From assembly GCA_021836725.1 (NCBI GenBank), contig JAKBHL010000006.1, forward strand, positions 21,136 through 85,135: 64,000 nt of DNA. Reading direction: 5' to 3'. Positions 42,183-52,154 of the stretch are shown here, in pieces. The notes under the pieces are model-generated. The model was not told the DNA's origin. It worked only from the letters and a program-made list of their open reading frames with translations, and ran no database searches. The position numbers and the translations under genes were made by a program. The DNA comes from a bacterium. Lineage in GTDB: Bacteria; Patescibacteriota; Minisyncoccia; Phycocordibacterales; Phycocordibacteraceae. The stretch's first letter is position 1. Each line of letters starts with the position of its first letter.

Positions 42183-43271
42183 ATGGAGGTACTTATTTTC
42201 ATCGCCGTCATCGTCGCACTCATCGTGGTGCACGAATTCGGACACTTCATCGTCGCGAAACTTTCGGGGATGCGCGTCGATGAATTCGGACTCGGTTACC
42301 CCCCCCGCGCCGCGGTCATCGGGAGGATAGGCGAGACCGCGTACACGCTCAACTGGCTTCCGTTCGGCGGTTTTGTAAAGATTTACGGCGAAGACGGCGG
42401 CGAGAGCGGCGCACGCGCATTCTCCGCGCGCCCGCGCGTACTGCAGGCATTGGTACTGGTCGCCGGCATCGCGATGAACCTCCTTTTCGCATATGTGCTT
42501 ATCACCGGCGCGCTTGTGTCCGGGACCCCCCGCGCGCTCTCCGCAAGCGAAGTCGCGGGCGCGCGGGACGTCTCGCTCGCGGTGGCGGATGTACTTTCCG
42601 GCACGCCCGCCGCGAGCGCGGGACTTCTTCCCGGCGATTCCATCTTAAGCGCGAAAGATGCCGAGGGAGAATGGCACGCCGCGGACCCCGCGAGCTTTTC
42701 GGCGTTTATCGCCGCAAGCGGCGGGGAGAAAGTCACGCTATCGGTAAGCCGCGCCGGCAAGGATTTCTCCGTTGCCGCGTCGCCCTTACACGGTATCGTC
42801 CCGAGCGATCCCGCGCGCTACGCGCTCGGCGTCGAAGTCGCCACCATCGGTACGGTACCGCTTTCTTTTGGCAAGGCGATCACGCAAGGCGCTTCGCTTA
42901 CCTGGGGCGCGACCGTCCTCACTGCGCAGGGACTGTGGCATTTTTTCTACGGAATCTTTACGTTCCGGGCGAATCTCTCGCAAGTGGCGGGTCCTATCGG
43001 CATCGCTGGCGCGGTCGGCTCCGCATCGGCGCAGGGGCTCGGCGATCTCCTTTCGCTCATGGCGATCATCTCGATCAATCTCGCGCTCATAAATCTCATC
43101 CCCATCCCCGCCCTTGATGGCGGGCGGCTGCTTTTCGTTCTCATCGAAAGCGTCATCCGCCGGCCCATCAAACCGAGCGTCGCGCGCACGGTGAATGCGA
43201 TCGGTTTTGTGTTCCTCATCCTGCTTATGGTCGTCGTGAGCGCCCACGATATCTTCCGGATCGTCGGCTAG
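42183..43271 (+). CDS. rseP: RseP-type site-2 zinc metalloprotease
   Basis: VHEFGHFIVAK (HExxH) in TM1, a PDZ-like middle region, LNLLPIPALDGG near the C-terminus. Confidence 0.8.
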   Translation: MEVLIFIAVIVALIVVHEFGHFIVAKLSGMRVDEFGLGYPPRAAVIGRIGETAYTLNWLPFGGFVKIYGEDGGESGARAFSARPRVLQALVLVAGIAMNLLFAYVLITGALVSGTPRALSASEVAGARDVSLAVADVLSGTPAASAGLLPGDSILSAKDAEGEWHAADPASFSAFIAASGGEKVTLSVSRAGKDFSVAASPLHGIVPSDPARYALGVEVATIGTVPLSFGKAITQGASLTWGATVLTAQGLWHFFYGIFTFRANLSQVAGPIGIAGAVGSASAQGLGDLLSLMAIISINLALINLIPIPALDGGRLLFVLIESVIRRPIKPSVARTVNAIGFVFLILLMVVVSAHDIFRIVG

Positions 43272-43322
43272 CGAAACGGCTCTTTTGCGCTTGCTGCACG
43301 GGCAGCATATACTGCTCTCTAT

Positions 43323-44573
43323 ATGCGCCAGTCGAAACTCTTTACCAGGACGCGCCGCGAGGCGCCCGCCGGCGAGGTCGCGAAGAATGCACAGCTTCTC
43401 GTGCGCGCGGGCTACATCCATAAGGAGATGGCGGGCGTGTATTCTTATCTCCCGCTCGGCCGCCGGGTCCTCACGCGCATCGAAAACATCGTGCGCGAAG
43501 AAATGGACGCTATCGGGGGACAGGAAATCCGCATGGCGACACTGCACCCCTCGGAAAACTGGAAGACGACCGGCGGGTGGGATGGCGTGGACGTGCTCTT
43601 CAAGATCCAGAGCCGTACCGAAAAAGAGTACGCGCTCGGCCAGAGCGAGGAAGAAATCGTGACGCCCATCGCGCAGGAATTCGTCACCTCCTATAAGGAT
43701 CTGCCCGTCGCGCTGTACCAGATAGGACAGAAGTATCGCGATGAGTTGCGCGCGAAGTCCGGCATCATGCGCGGCCGGGAGTTCGGCATGAAAGACATGT
43801 ACAGTTTCCATGAGACGCAAGAGGACTTCGAGCGTTTCTACCGGATCGTAAAAGACGCGTATTTCAGGATTTACGAGCGCTGCGGACTGACCGCGAAGGC
43901 GACCGAAGCATCGGGAGGCAATTTCAGCGAGAAAATCTCATACGAATTTATGGTGCTCACCGACGCGGGCGAGGATGATATCGTCTTCTGCGATGCGTGC
44001 GAATTCTGTGCGAACGCCGAAGTCGCGCAGGTGAAGGCGGGCGACGTCTGCCCGCGCTGCGGAAAAGGGAGGGTGCAGGCGGCGCGCGCGGTCGAGGCGG
44101 GCAACGTGTTCGATCTCGGGCAGAAATATCCGAAAGCGTTCGGATTCACATACAAAGACAAGGAGGGGAAGGCTCAGACGCCTATCATGGGCTGTTACGG
44201 GCTTGGCACCACGCGGCTTATGGGCACCCTCGTGGAGGTTTTTGCGGATGAGAAGGGTATCGTGTGGCCGGAGAACGTGGCGCCGTTTTCTGTGCATCTG
44301 GTCTCTCTCGGCCAGCCGGGGGATGAGGTATCGAAGACCGCGGACACCCTCTATGAGGATCTGACGAAGGCCGGGGTCGAGGTTCTCTACGACGATCGCG
44401 ACCTGCGCGCCGGAGAAAAATTCGCGGAAAGCGACCTGCTCGGCATCCCGCAGCGCATCGTCGTGGGGAAAGACGCGGCGGCAACCGGAGTCTTTGAAGT
44501 GGTGTCTCGCGCGACCGGTGTAGCGACGAAGATGCCGCGCGCCGAGCTCCTTGCTTCGCATATAAAAAAATAA
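43323..44573 (+). CDS. proS: prolyl-tRNA synthetase, short form without an editing insertion
   Basis: MRQSKLFTRTRREAPAGEVAKNAQLLVRAGYI (class II motif 1 region), FGMKDMYSFH, and a C-terminal anticodon-binding domain. 416 aa. Confidence 0.8.
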   Translation: MRQSKLFTRTRREAPAGEVAKNAQLLVRAGYIHKEMAGVYSYLPLGRRVLTRIENIVREEMDAIGGQEIRMATLHPSENWKTTGGWDGVDVLFKIQSRTEKEYALGQSEEEIVTPIAQEFVTSYKDLPVALYQIGQKYRDELRAKSGIMRGREFGMKDMYSFHETQEDFERFYRIVKDAYFRIYERCGLTAKATEASGGNFSEKISYEFMVLTDAGEDDIVFCDACEFCANAEVAQVKAGDVCPRCGKGRVQAARAVEAGNVFDLGQKYPKAFGFTYKDKEGKAQTPIMGCYGLGTTRLMGTLVEVFADEKGIVWPENVAPFSVHLVSLGQPGDEVSKTADTLYEDLTKAGVEVLYDDRDLRAGEKFAESDLLGIPQRIVVGKDAAATGVFEVVSRATGVATKMPRAELLASHIKK

Positions 44574-44574
44574 T

Positions 44575-45627
44575 ATGGCACGATTTTCAAAAAATTCGCT
44601 CTTCAGCAGTGACATCGCGATTGATCTCGGGACGGCGAATACGCTGGTATACGTACGCGGACGCGGCGTGGTCATAAACGAGCCGTCGGTGGTCGCGGTC
44701 AACGACAAGACTAACCAGGTCGTCGCGGTGGGGAAGGAGGCGAAAACAATGCTCGGCAAAACGCCCTCCCACATCCGCACCGTGCGTCCGTTGCTGCACG
44801 GGGTCATCTCCGACTTTGAGGTCACCGAGGAGCTGCTCACGTATTTCATCAATAAAGCGCACGGCGGCCATGCGCGGCTGTTTGGTCCGCGGGTCGTTAT
44901 CGGCGTGCCGACGGGAGTGACCAACGTGCAAAGCCGCGCCGTACGCGATGCGGCAAGGAATGCCGGCGCGCGCGAGGCGATTATCATTGAAGAAACGGTT
45001 GCAGGCGCCATCGGCGCAAAGCTGCCGGTCGCCGAGGCGACCGGCACGATGGTGCTTGATATCGGCGGCGGCACCACCGACATCGCTGTTATCGCGCTCG
45101 GCGGCACGGTCGCGAGCAAGAGTTCACAGGTTGCGGGCGACAAGCTGAATGAGAACATCATCGATTTCGTGCGCAGCGAGTTCAAGCTCGGCATCGGCGA
45201 ACGAACCGCCGAGGATATAAAAATAGCCATCGGCGCGGTCACGCCGCTTACGGAAACCCTTACCAAGAGCGTGCGCGGACGCGACTACGCGACGGGACTT
45301 CCGCGCGAGGTGACACTCACCGACGTACATATCCGCGAGGCCATTGCGCCTTCCCTCGATGCGCTCATGGACACGATAAAAGAAGTGATCGAAGCGACGC
45401 CGCCCGAGCTCCTTTCCGATGTCCTCCAACACGGCGTCACTGTCTTTGGCGGCGGCGCGCTCCTGCGCGGTTTGCCGCAGATACTCGCAAAGATGCTCGG
45501 CGTGCCGGTAAAAGTCACCCCCGATCCTTTGACCACGGTCGTGCGCGGCGCAGGCATCGTGACCGAAAATCCGATGCCCTATGCGGATTTTTTCATCGAT
45601 GAAGAAGACATTCTCAGCGAAGCGTAA
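44575..45627 (+). CDS. mreB: rod shape-determining protein MreB (copy 2, heads the mreCD-mrdA cluster)
   Basis: IAIDLGTANTLVYV, DIGGGTTD. Paralogous to 39890-40915. Confidence 0.8.
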   Translation: MARFSKNSLFSSDIAIDLGTANTLVYVRGRGVVINEPSVVAVNDKTNQVVAVGKEAKTMLGKTPSHIRTVRPLLHGVISDFEVTEELLTYFINKAHGGHARLFGPRVVIGVPTGVTNVQSRAVRDAARNAGAREAIIIEETVAGAIGAKLPVAEATGTMVLDIGGGTTDIAVIALGGTVASKSSQVAGDKLNENIIDFVRSEFKLGIGERTAEDIKIAIGAVTPLTETLTKSVRGRDYATGLPREVTLTDVHIREAIAPSLDALMDTIKEVIEATPPELLSDVLQHGVTVFGGGALLRGLPQILAKMLGVPVKVTPDPLTTVVRGAGIVTENPMPYADFFIDEEDILSEA

Positions 45628-46438
45628 CGCGCTCCTGTCGTCCGCGACGGTCTCGTGGGGCGGCGGCGCCCTCGCGTTCGTCCTCATCGTCCTTCTCGTG
45701 CGGTTGGCCGCGCCGAATATCTTTTGGCGTGCCTTCGCGCCGGTATTCCGCGCGGCAGACACCCTCGCTCTCGCGAGCCATACCTTTACCGCGAGCTTCG
45801 GTACTGCCGCGACGCTTACCCTTCAGAATGAACGGCTGACGAGCGAAAACGCCGCTCTCGCAAGCGAGAACCAAGCGCTTTCCCAGAAAATACTGAGCAT
45901 TTCCGCGCTTTCCGGTTTTTCCGTTCCGCAACAACATGCTTCCGGAATTTTGGCCGGCGTTCTCGCCCATCCGCCCGTGAGCCCGTACGACACGCTCGTG
46001 CTTTCCGCCGGCTCAGGAGCGGGAGTGCGCAAAGGCATGGAAGTCTTCGGGGAGGGCGGCGTGCCGCTCGGCGTCGTCGAAACGGTTCTCGCCGACTTTT
46101 CGCGCGCGGTGCTTTTTTCGGCGCCCGGCATGTCGACCTACGGCTGGGTCGGGAAGGCAAGCAGCCCGGTCACGCTCGTGGGCGAAGGAGCGGGCACCAT
46201 GAGCGCGGTAATGCCGCGTTCCGCGCACATCATCGTCGGCGACAGCGTTTTTGTCCCCGGCCCGGGCATGCTCCCCATCGGAAGCGTCGTGCGCATCGAC
46301 GATGAGCCCTCGGCGCCTTCGGTGACGCTGCGCATCATGCTTTCGCAAAATATTTTTTCGATTCCCTGGGTGCTCGCGCGCGATAGCGGTACGGCGCTTC
46401 AGGGTCCGCTCTTTTCGGCGACTTCGACACTGCCATGA
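45599..46438 (+). CDS. mreC: rod shape-determining protein MreC
   Basis: TM anchor, coiled-coil LQNERLTSENAALASENQALSQK, then beta-barrel region GDSVFVPGPGMLPIGSV. The start overlaps the mreB end (alternative 45581). Confidence 0.65.
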   Translation: MKKTFSAKRNALLSSATVSWGGGALAFVLIVLLVRLAAPNIFWRAFAPVFRAADTLALASHTFTASFGTAATLTLQNERLTSENAALASENQALSQKILSISALSGFSVPQQHASGILAGVLAHPPVSPYDTLVLSAGSGAGVRKGMEVFGEGGVPLGVVETVLADFSRAVLFSAPGMSTYGWVGKASSPVTLVGEGAGTMSAVMPRSAHIIVGDSVFVPGPGMLPIGSVVRIDDEPSAPSVTLRIMLSQNIFSIPWVLARDSGTALQGPLFSATSTLP

Positions 46439-46689
46439 TACGTGGCGCGCTCACACTCGTCGCGCTCGCTTCAGTCATATTTTTCCCCTGGCCGCTCACG
46501 GCCGTCCTCATGCTCGTCTCTTCCTCCCTCGAGCCGCTCGTACCGCTCGCCGCCGGAATTTTTGCCGATACGCTTTATTACACGCCGAAAGCCGGAGTAC
46601 TGCCGTTCTTCACCCTTTTCGGGGCGTTGACGACCGTTGTGGCGCTTCTCGTGCGTAGTCGGCTTCGAACGGGTATCATCGGGGGATGA
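46435..46689 (+). CDS. mreD: MreD-like small membrane protein (by position and hydrophobicity only)
   Basis: 84-aa two-helix membrane protein between mreC and mrdA. Confidence 0.4.
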   Translation: MIRGALTLVALASVIFFPWPLTAVLMLVSSSLEPLVPLAAGIFADTLYYTPKAGVLPFFTLFGALTTVVALLVRSRLRTGIIGG

Positions 46690-48380
46690 AATGGCGGCGT
46701 ACGCGGCGGCAGGATCCCGAGATCGCTCCCGATGAGATATTCCTCGACGCATCGAATGCGCCGGATTTTGACCGCGCGCGCTTTGAGGGGCGGCTCGAGA
46801 AACCGCTTTCGCGCGGGACGTTTCTGACGCTCTCGTTCACGCTCGTGCTTCTGCTTGGCATCCTTATCCTCCGCTCATGGAATCTTGAAATCACCAACGG
46901 CGCCGCTTTCGCCGCCGAGAGCGCTCATAACAGCCTTGAAGTGACGACGCTGTTCGCGTCGCGCGGCGTCATCACCGATCGTTACGGGAACGTACTTGCC
47001 GACAACGTCGCAAAAGCGGACGGCAGCACGATACGTAATTACCCGGTGCCTTCTCTTGGTCAGATCATCGGGTATGTCTCATATCCGAAAAAAGATTCAC
47101 ATGGCGTGTATTACGACACGCGCGAGACCGGTATTGCCGGACTTGAAGCGGAATACGATTCATTCCTCGCCGGCACAAACGGCCACATCCTCACCGAGCG
47201 GGACGCGTTCGGCAATATCCGTTCAGAGGGAGGCATCATTCCCGCAAAAGACGGAGGGACGCTCAAGCTCTCGATCGACGGGCCGCTCGAACAGCTGTTT
47301 GCCCGAGCCATTACGGATGTCGCGCGCAAACAGCACTTCATGGCCGGTGCCGGCGTCATCATGGACGTGCACTCCGGTGCCATACGCGCCATTTTTTCCT
47401 ATCCGAGCTACGACCCGAATGTGATGGCGAACGGCGGCCCCGCGGCTGCCATCAACGCCTACAACACCGATCAGGGCTATCCTTTCCTCGATCATGCGGT
47501 GCAGGGCGTGTACGCGCCCGGTTCCATCGTGAAGCCGTTTATCGCTTCCGGAGCGCTCACCGACGGGATCATTACGCCGAGCACCACCATCGACGACCCG
47601 GGCTTCCTTTCGTTGCCCGATCCTTACCATCCCGGCAAGACATTCATCTATAAAGGATGGAAAGCGCTCGGCATAGTCGACGTGAGAAAGGCGATTGCCT
47701 GGTCCTCGGACGTTTTCTTCTACACGGTCGGCGGCGGCTTCGGAAAGCAAAAAGGCCTCGGCATCGACCGGCTCGACTACTGGTACCGGCAATTCGGTTT
47801 CGGGCGGCCGACCGGCATCGATTTGCCGGAAGAAGCGAGCGGGCTGGTCCCGAGTCCCGCATGGAAGGAAAGAACGCTCGGCGAACCGTGGTACCTCGGC
47901 GATACGTACTTCACGGCGATCGGGCAATACTCGATGCAAGTAACGCCGCTCCAGATAGCGCGCGCCACCGCCGCGATAGCCAATGACGGGAAGCTCTATA
48001 CCCCGACTTTGCTCGCCGGGCAGACGCCCTCGTATGTGACCGTGCCGGTCGCCACGTCGACGTTTGCCGTTGTGCGCCAGGGGATGCGCGAGGGTGTAAC
48101 CGGCGCGCTCGCGCAGGCGATCAACCTCCCATATCTGAGCGTGGCGGCAAAGACCGGTACCGCGCAAACAGGCGTACACAACCAGTATGACAATGCGTGG
48201 GTCGAAGGATTTTTCCCGTACCACAATCCGCAATACGCTTTTTCAGTCGTGCTTGAACGGGGACCAAACGGCGCGGGCGAACAGGCGGTGAATGTCATGC
48301 GGGAACTTTTCGACGCTCTTCATGCCGCGAACTCGCCCTACGTCGGCGGAACCGCAACCACCACAGCACTCATACACTAA
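46686..48380 (+). CDS. mrdA: penicillin-binding protein 2 (peptidoglycan D,D-transpeptidase MrdA)
   Basis: N-terminal TM, dimerisation domain, transpeptidase motifs GSIVKP (SxxK), SSD (SxN-like), KTGTAQ (KTG). Confidence 0.8.
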   Translation: MKWRRTRRQDPEIAPDEIFLDASNAPDFDRARFEGRLEKPLSRGTFLTLSFTLVLLLGILILRSWNLEITNGAAFAAESAHNSLEVTTLFASRGVITDRYGNVLADNVAKADGSTIRNYPVPSLGQIIGYVSYPKKDSHGVYYDTRETGIAGLEAEYDSFLAGTNGHILTERDAFGNIRSEGGIIPAKDGGTLKLSIDGPLEQLFARAITDVARKQHFMAGAGVIMDVHSGAIRAIFSYPSYDPNVMANGGPAAAINAYNTDQGYPFLDHAVQGVYAPGSIVKPFIASGALTDGIITPSTTIDDPGFLSLPDPYHPGKTFIYKGWKALGIVDVRKAIAWSSDVFFYTVGGGFGKQKGLGIDRLDYWYRQFGFGRPTGIDLPEEASGLVPSPAWKERTLGEPWYLGDTYFTAIGQYSMQVTPLQIARATAAIANDGKLYTPTLLAGQTPSYVTVPVATSTFAVVRQGMREGVTGALAQAINLPYLSVAAKTGTAQTGVHNQYDNAWVEGFFPYHNPQYAFSVVLERGPNGAGEQAVNVMRELFDALHAANSPYVGGTATTTALIH

Positions 48381-48382
48381 AA

Positions 48383-48527
48383 TCCATCTCAAACCCCCTG
48401 CTCGGGTATGCGGCAGAAAGGAGTACGCCGTCTTTTTGTGCTCAAAAAGCGGCTCGTACTCGCGTCGTCACGCTCCGTAAGCCTCTTTCTGCCGCATACC
48501 CGAGCGGTGGTTTTTGAATGGGTCCTC
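48383..48527. repeat. palindromic repeat element, copy 5 (reverse orientation relative to copies 1-3; perfect GCGGCAG/CTGCCGC arms)
   Basis: ATCCATCTCAAACCCCCTGCTCGGGTATGCGGCAGAAAGGAGTACGCCGTCTTTTTGTGCTCAAAAAGCGGCTCGTACTCGCG...CTTTCTGCCGCATACCCGAGCGGTGGTTTTTGAATGGGTCC. Confidence 0.75.
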
Positions 48528-48590
48528 AAATTATTGCCTTGCGCTCCGGGCGCCCTCGCGTACAATGTGCGCACCGAACCCACCTAACCT

Positions 48591-49064
48591 ATGGCAGATG
48601 CACAAGATTCCGTCGTCTCACGGGAGAAATTCGATGAGATGGTAAAAGAACTCGAACACCTCAAGACGGTGCGTCGCACCGAGATCGCGAAAAATCTTGA
48701 GTATGCCCGCGCGCTCGGCGATCTTTCGGAAAACGCGGAGTACCAAGAAGCGCGCGACCTGCAGGCCGCAACCGAAGAGCGCATCAAGAAGCTTGAAGAG
48801 TTGGTGAAGTACACGAAGATCGTCACCGAAGGAAAAAAGAAAAGCGAAGTCGGTTTCGGCTCGAAAGTATCGATTAAAAAGGAGGGCAGCACGGAAACGC
48901 ACGAATACACCATCGTCGGGAGCGAAGAAGTCGATATGCGCGTAAAAAAGCTTTCGCATATTTCGCCCTTGGGCGCCGCGCTGATGGGAAAGAAAAAAGG
49001 CGACGTGTTCACGTTCCAAACCCCCGCCGGCAAGCAGACCTATATCATTGAGAAAGTGGGTTAG
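48591..49064 (+). CDS. greA: transcription elongation factor GreA
   Basis: KFDEMVKELEHLKTVRRTEIAKNLEYARALGDLSENAEYQEARDLQA is the canonical GreA N-terminal coiled coil. 157 aa. Confidence 0.85.
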   Translation: MADAQDSVVSREKFDEMVKELEHLKTVRRTEIAKNLEYARALGDLSENAEYQEARDLQAATEERIKKLEELVKYTKIVTEGKKKSEVGFGSKVSIKKEGSTETHEYTIVGSEEVDMRVKKLSHISPLGAALMGKKKGDVFTFQTPAGKQTYIIEKVG

Positions 49065-49097
49065 GATTTTTTGCCGGCAAGGCCGGATGCTATAGTG

Positions 49098-50558
49098 ATG
49101 CGTATGGCCTTGCTTGAAACGGTGCGCGCCGAAAGGATCGCAAAGATAGGCCGCCTTAAAGCGGCGGGCATGGACGCATATCCGGCTCGCACGCTCCGCA
49201 CGCACGCGATACGCCAGTTTCTCGAGCAGCACGGGGCACTGGAGAAGGACGGCGAGCAAGTTACGCTTGCCGGACGCGTGCTATCGATACGCGAGCACGG
49301 AGGATCGCTCTTCATCGATCTTTTTGACGGGACAAAAGGGCAGTGTTACGTGCAGCGCGATAAGCTCGGAGATTTTGCTTACGACCTTTTCGGCGGTACG
49401 GTCGATACCGGCGACATCATCGAGTGCACGGGGATCGCGTTCACGACGAAACGCGGCATGCCGTCTTTGGACGCGACCGGATGGCGCATGCTCGCGAAAT
49501 CGCTCCGGCCTCTGCCGGACGAGTGGTACGGCATCAAGGACGAAGACGAGCGCTATCGGAAACGCTATCTCGATATTTTGCTGTCAAAAGATTTGGCAGA
49601 CCGCTTCCGCCGGCGTTCCGCGTTCTGGAACACCATCCGTTCGTACCTTCTCGAGAGGGATTTCGTCGAAGTGGAAACACCGGTGCTCGAAACGACCACC
49701 GGCGGCGCCGAAGCGCGCCCGTTTGTCACGCACCACAACGCGCTTGATCTGGATGTCTACTTGCGCATCTCGGTCGGAGAACTGTGGCAGAAACGGCTCA
49801 TGGTCGCGGGCCTTCCGAAGACCTTCGAGATAGGCCGCGTGTTCCGCAACGAAGGAATGTCGGCCGAACATGCTCAGGATTACACGGCGGTCGAGTTCTA
49901 TGAAGCGTTCAAAGATTATGAGGCGGGTATGGCCATGATCGTCGACCTGTACCGTACGATCGCCGATACGGTGTACGGCACGCAGGTTTTTTCAATCAAG
50001 GATTTCACTATCGACTTGAGCAAAGAGTGGGAGAAGTATGATTTCTGCGCGCTTTTGCGGAAAGAGTACGGCCTTGATCCGCTCGATGAAGACGCGGATT
50101 GGGCTTCGGTTCTTGCGCAAAAGGGCATCCCGTTTGAGAAGGGCGTCGAGAAGGGACGATTGGTCGATACCGCATGGAAACAGATCCGGAAGACCCTCGC
50201 CGGCCCCGGGTTCCTCGTAAACGTACCGGTCTACATGGAGCCGCTCGCAAAAAGGAGCTCGAAAGACCCGCGCATCGTGGAGCGTTTCCAAGTCGTGCTC
50301 GCCGGAAGCGAAAATGGCAAGGGGTTCAGCGAACTGAACGATCCGGTCGATCAGGCGGAACGTTTTGCGCGCCAACAGAGACTGCGCGAAGCGGGAGATG
50401 AAGAGGCGCAAATGCCGGATGCCGAATTCGTCGAGGCGCTTGAATACGGCATGCCGCCGGCATTCGGCTTCGGCGTGTCCGAACGCCTCTTAAGCTTCCT
50501 CGAGGGGGTGTCGATACGGGAAGGACAGCTGTTTCCTCTTTTGCGGCCCCGACAATAA
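49098..50558 (+). CDS. lysS: lysyl-tRNA synthetase (class II)
   Basis: N-terminal OB anticodon-binding region, class II motifs (FVEVETPVLE; FRNEGMSAEH), C-terminal GMPPAFGFGVSERL. Start chosen at MRMALLE. The track uses an upstream TTG. Confidence 0.85.
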   Translation: MRMALLETVRAERIAKIGRLKAAGMDAYPARTLRTHAIRQFLEQHGALEKDGEQVTLAGRVLSIREHGGSLFIDLFDGTKGQCYVQRDKLGDFAYDLFGGTVDTGDIIECTGIAFTTKRGMPSLDATGWRMLAKSLRPLPDEWYGIKDEDERYRKRYLDILLSKDLADRFRRRSAFWNTIRSYLLERDFVEVETPVLETTTGGAEARPFVTHHNALDLDVYLRISVGELWQKRLMVAGLPKTFEIGRVFRNEGMSAEHAQDYTAVEFYEAFKDYEAGMAMIVDLYRTIADTVYGTQVFSIKDFTIDLSKEWEKYDFCALLRKEYGLDPLDEDADWASVLAQKGIPFEKGVEKGRLVDTAWKQIRKTLAGPGFLVNVPVYMEPLAKRSSKDPRIVERFQVVLAGSENGKGFSELNDPVDQAERFARQQRLREAGDEEAQMPDAEFVEALEYGMPPAFGFGVSERLLSFLEGVSIREGQLFPLLRPRQ

Positions 50559-50573
50559 GCCGTTCTCTCACTA

Positions 50574-50603
50574 CGGCGCGGGCTTTGCCCGCGCCGTTTT
50601 CCG
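50574..50603 (+). terminator. rho-independent terminator after lysS
   Basis: GGCGCGGGC-TTTG-CCCGCGCCGTTTTCC. Confidence 0.65.
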
Positions 50604-50761
50604 TATAAAAGCCAGACTCTACCTGGCCGCCTGCTGTGGGCGATATGGGGATAACTTAAATATGGGAAGTGGGGGAAAGTGGTATATAATCCACTAATGG
50701 TTAGCAGAGTGGGAAACGGGAGTGGTGGCCTGTTTTCTCCTCACGCAACCTGACCCACACC

Positions 50762-51196
50762 ATGTTTCTCGGAGAATACCTTCACACTTTCGATTCCAAG
50801 AATAGGATTTCGATCCCTTCGAAATTCCGAAAGGATCTGGGCCGCGTCGTCGTCGTGACGCGCGGCCTCGATCATTGTTTGTACGTCTATTCTCGCAAAG
50901 CGTGGGAAAAAGAAGCGCGGACGTATGCGGAGGCGGTGAACGGGAGCGCTGCGCGCCGCGGCCTCGCCCGCCTTTTCCTCGCCGGTTCCTCCGAAGCCGA
51001 GGTCGATAAGTCGGGCCGCGTGCTGATCCCCGAACACCTAAAATCGTTCGCCTCCCTGCGGGAGATGGCAGTCATCGCCGGCGTTGCCGATCGGGTCGAG
51101 ATCTGGGAAGAGAACGCATGGAAAAAGTACACGGCCGCCATCGAACGAGACGCCGATGCTTTCGCGGAAACGCTCGGCGCAAGCGTCCGAAACTGA
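50762..51196 (+). CDS. mraZ: transcriptional regulator MraZ
   Basis: MFLGEYLHTFDSKNRISIPSKFR...VVVTRGLDHCLYVY (two DXXXR-like repeats). 144 aa. Confidence 0.85.
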   Translation: MFLGEYLHTFDSKNRISIPSKFRKDLGRVVVVTRGLDHCLYVYSRKAWEKEARTYAEAVNGSAARRGLARLFLAGSSEAEVDKSGRVLIPEHLKSFASLREMAVIAGVADRVEIWEENAWKKYTAAIERDADAFAETLGASVRN

Positions 51197-51197
51197 T

Positions 51198-52154
51198 ATG
51201 GAGGCCCGCCATGACAGCGTACTCATGAGGGAGGTGCTAGAAGCGCTCGCGGTGCATCCTGGCGAGACGGTCGTCGATGCGACGCTCGGCGGAGCGGGGC
51301 ACTTCGCCGCGCTTCTTGGCGCGCTTGGAGCGGGCGGCGTCATCGTCGGTATTGATGCCGATCCGGCGGCGGTCGAACGCGCCCGCGCGGCATACGCGCT
51401 TGATCGCCGCAGCGACCGCCCGATTGCGCATCTGGTGAATGACAATTTCCGTAACCTCTCGCGCATACTCGAACGGCTTCGCATCGCTCCGGTCGACAAG
51501 ATCCTTTTTGATCTCGGCTGGAGCGGGTATCAGATTGCCGCGCCGCGCGGATTCTCTTTCGGGGGCGACGAGCCGCTCCTTATGAATTATGACGAAAACG
51601 GCGAGACAGCGGCTGACATCGTCAATACGTATACCGAAGAAGCGCTCGCCGACCTCATATTCACGTACGGCGAAGAACGTTTCGCGCGCGGCATCGCACA
51701 CGCCATCGTCAAAGCGCGTTCCAAAGAGCGGATACTCACCACTGGCGCGCTTGTCAGGGCGGTGCGCGCCGGGACGCCGGCCTGGTATCAAACACGGAAA
51801 ATCCATCCGGCCACGAAAACGTTCCAGGCGCTGCGCATCGCCGTCAATGACGAGCTCCAGAGCTTGCGCGAGGGGCTCGGGGCCGCGCTCGATGCGCTCG
51901 CGCCGAAAGGCCGCCTGGCGATTATCTCTTTCCACAGCATCGAAGACCGTATCGTGAAAAGCATGCTGCGTGATGCGGTGCACGCGGGGTTCGGTTCGCT
52001 TTCGCCGAAAAAGCCCATCGTGCCGACGCGCGCGGAAATTCTTTCGAACCGACGAGCGCGAAGCGCGAAGCTTCGCGTTTTTGAACGGGTTGCGGCGGCG
52101 ATACCCGTCGAATCCGTCCCGTCCCACACCTCTTCTTTTTCTTATGCCCAGTAA
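51198..52154 (+). CDS. rsmH: 16S rRNA (cytosine1402-N4)-methyltransferase RsmH/MraW
   Basis: HDSVLMREVLEAL...VDATLGGAGHF...FDLGWSGYQI are RsmH signatures. ATG immediately after the mraZ stop. The upstream 38 codons of the track ORF were rejected. Confidence 0.85.
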   Translation: MEARHDSVLMREVLEALAVHPGETVVDATLGGAGHFAALLGALGAGGVIVGIDADPAAVERARAAYALDRRSDRPIAHLVNDNFRNLSRILERLRIAPVDKILFDLGWSGYQIAAPRGFSFGGDEPLLMNYDENGETAADIVNTYTEEALADLIFTYGEERFARGIAHAIVKARSKERILTTGALVRAVRAGTPAWYQTRKIHPATKTFQALRIAVNDELQSLREGLGAALDALAPKGRLAIISFHSIEDRIVKSMLRDAVHAGFGSLSPKKPIVPTRAEILSNRRARSAKLRVFERVAAAIPVESVPSHTSSFSYAQ

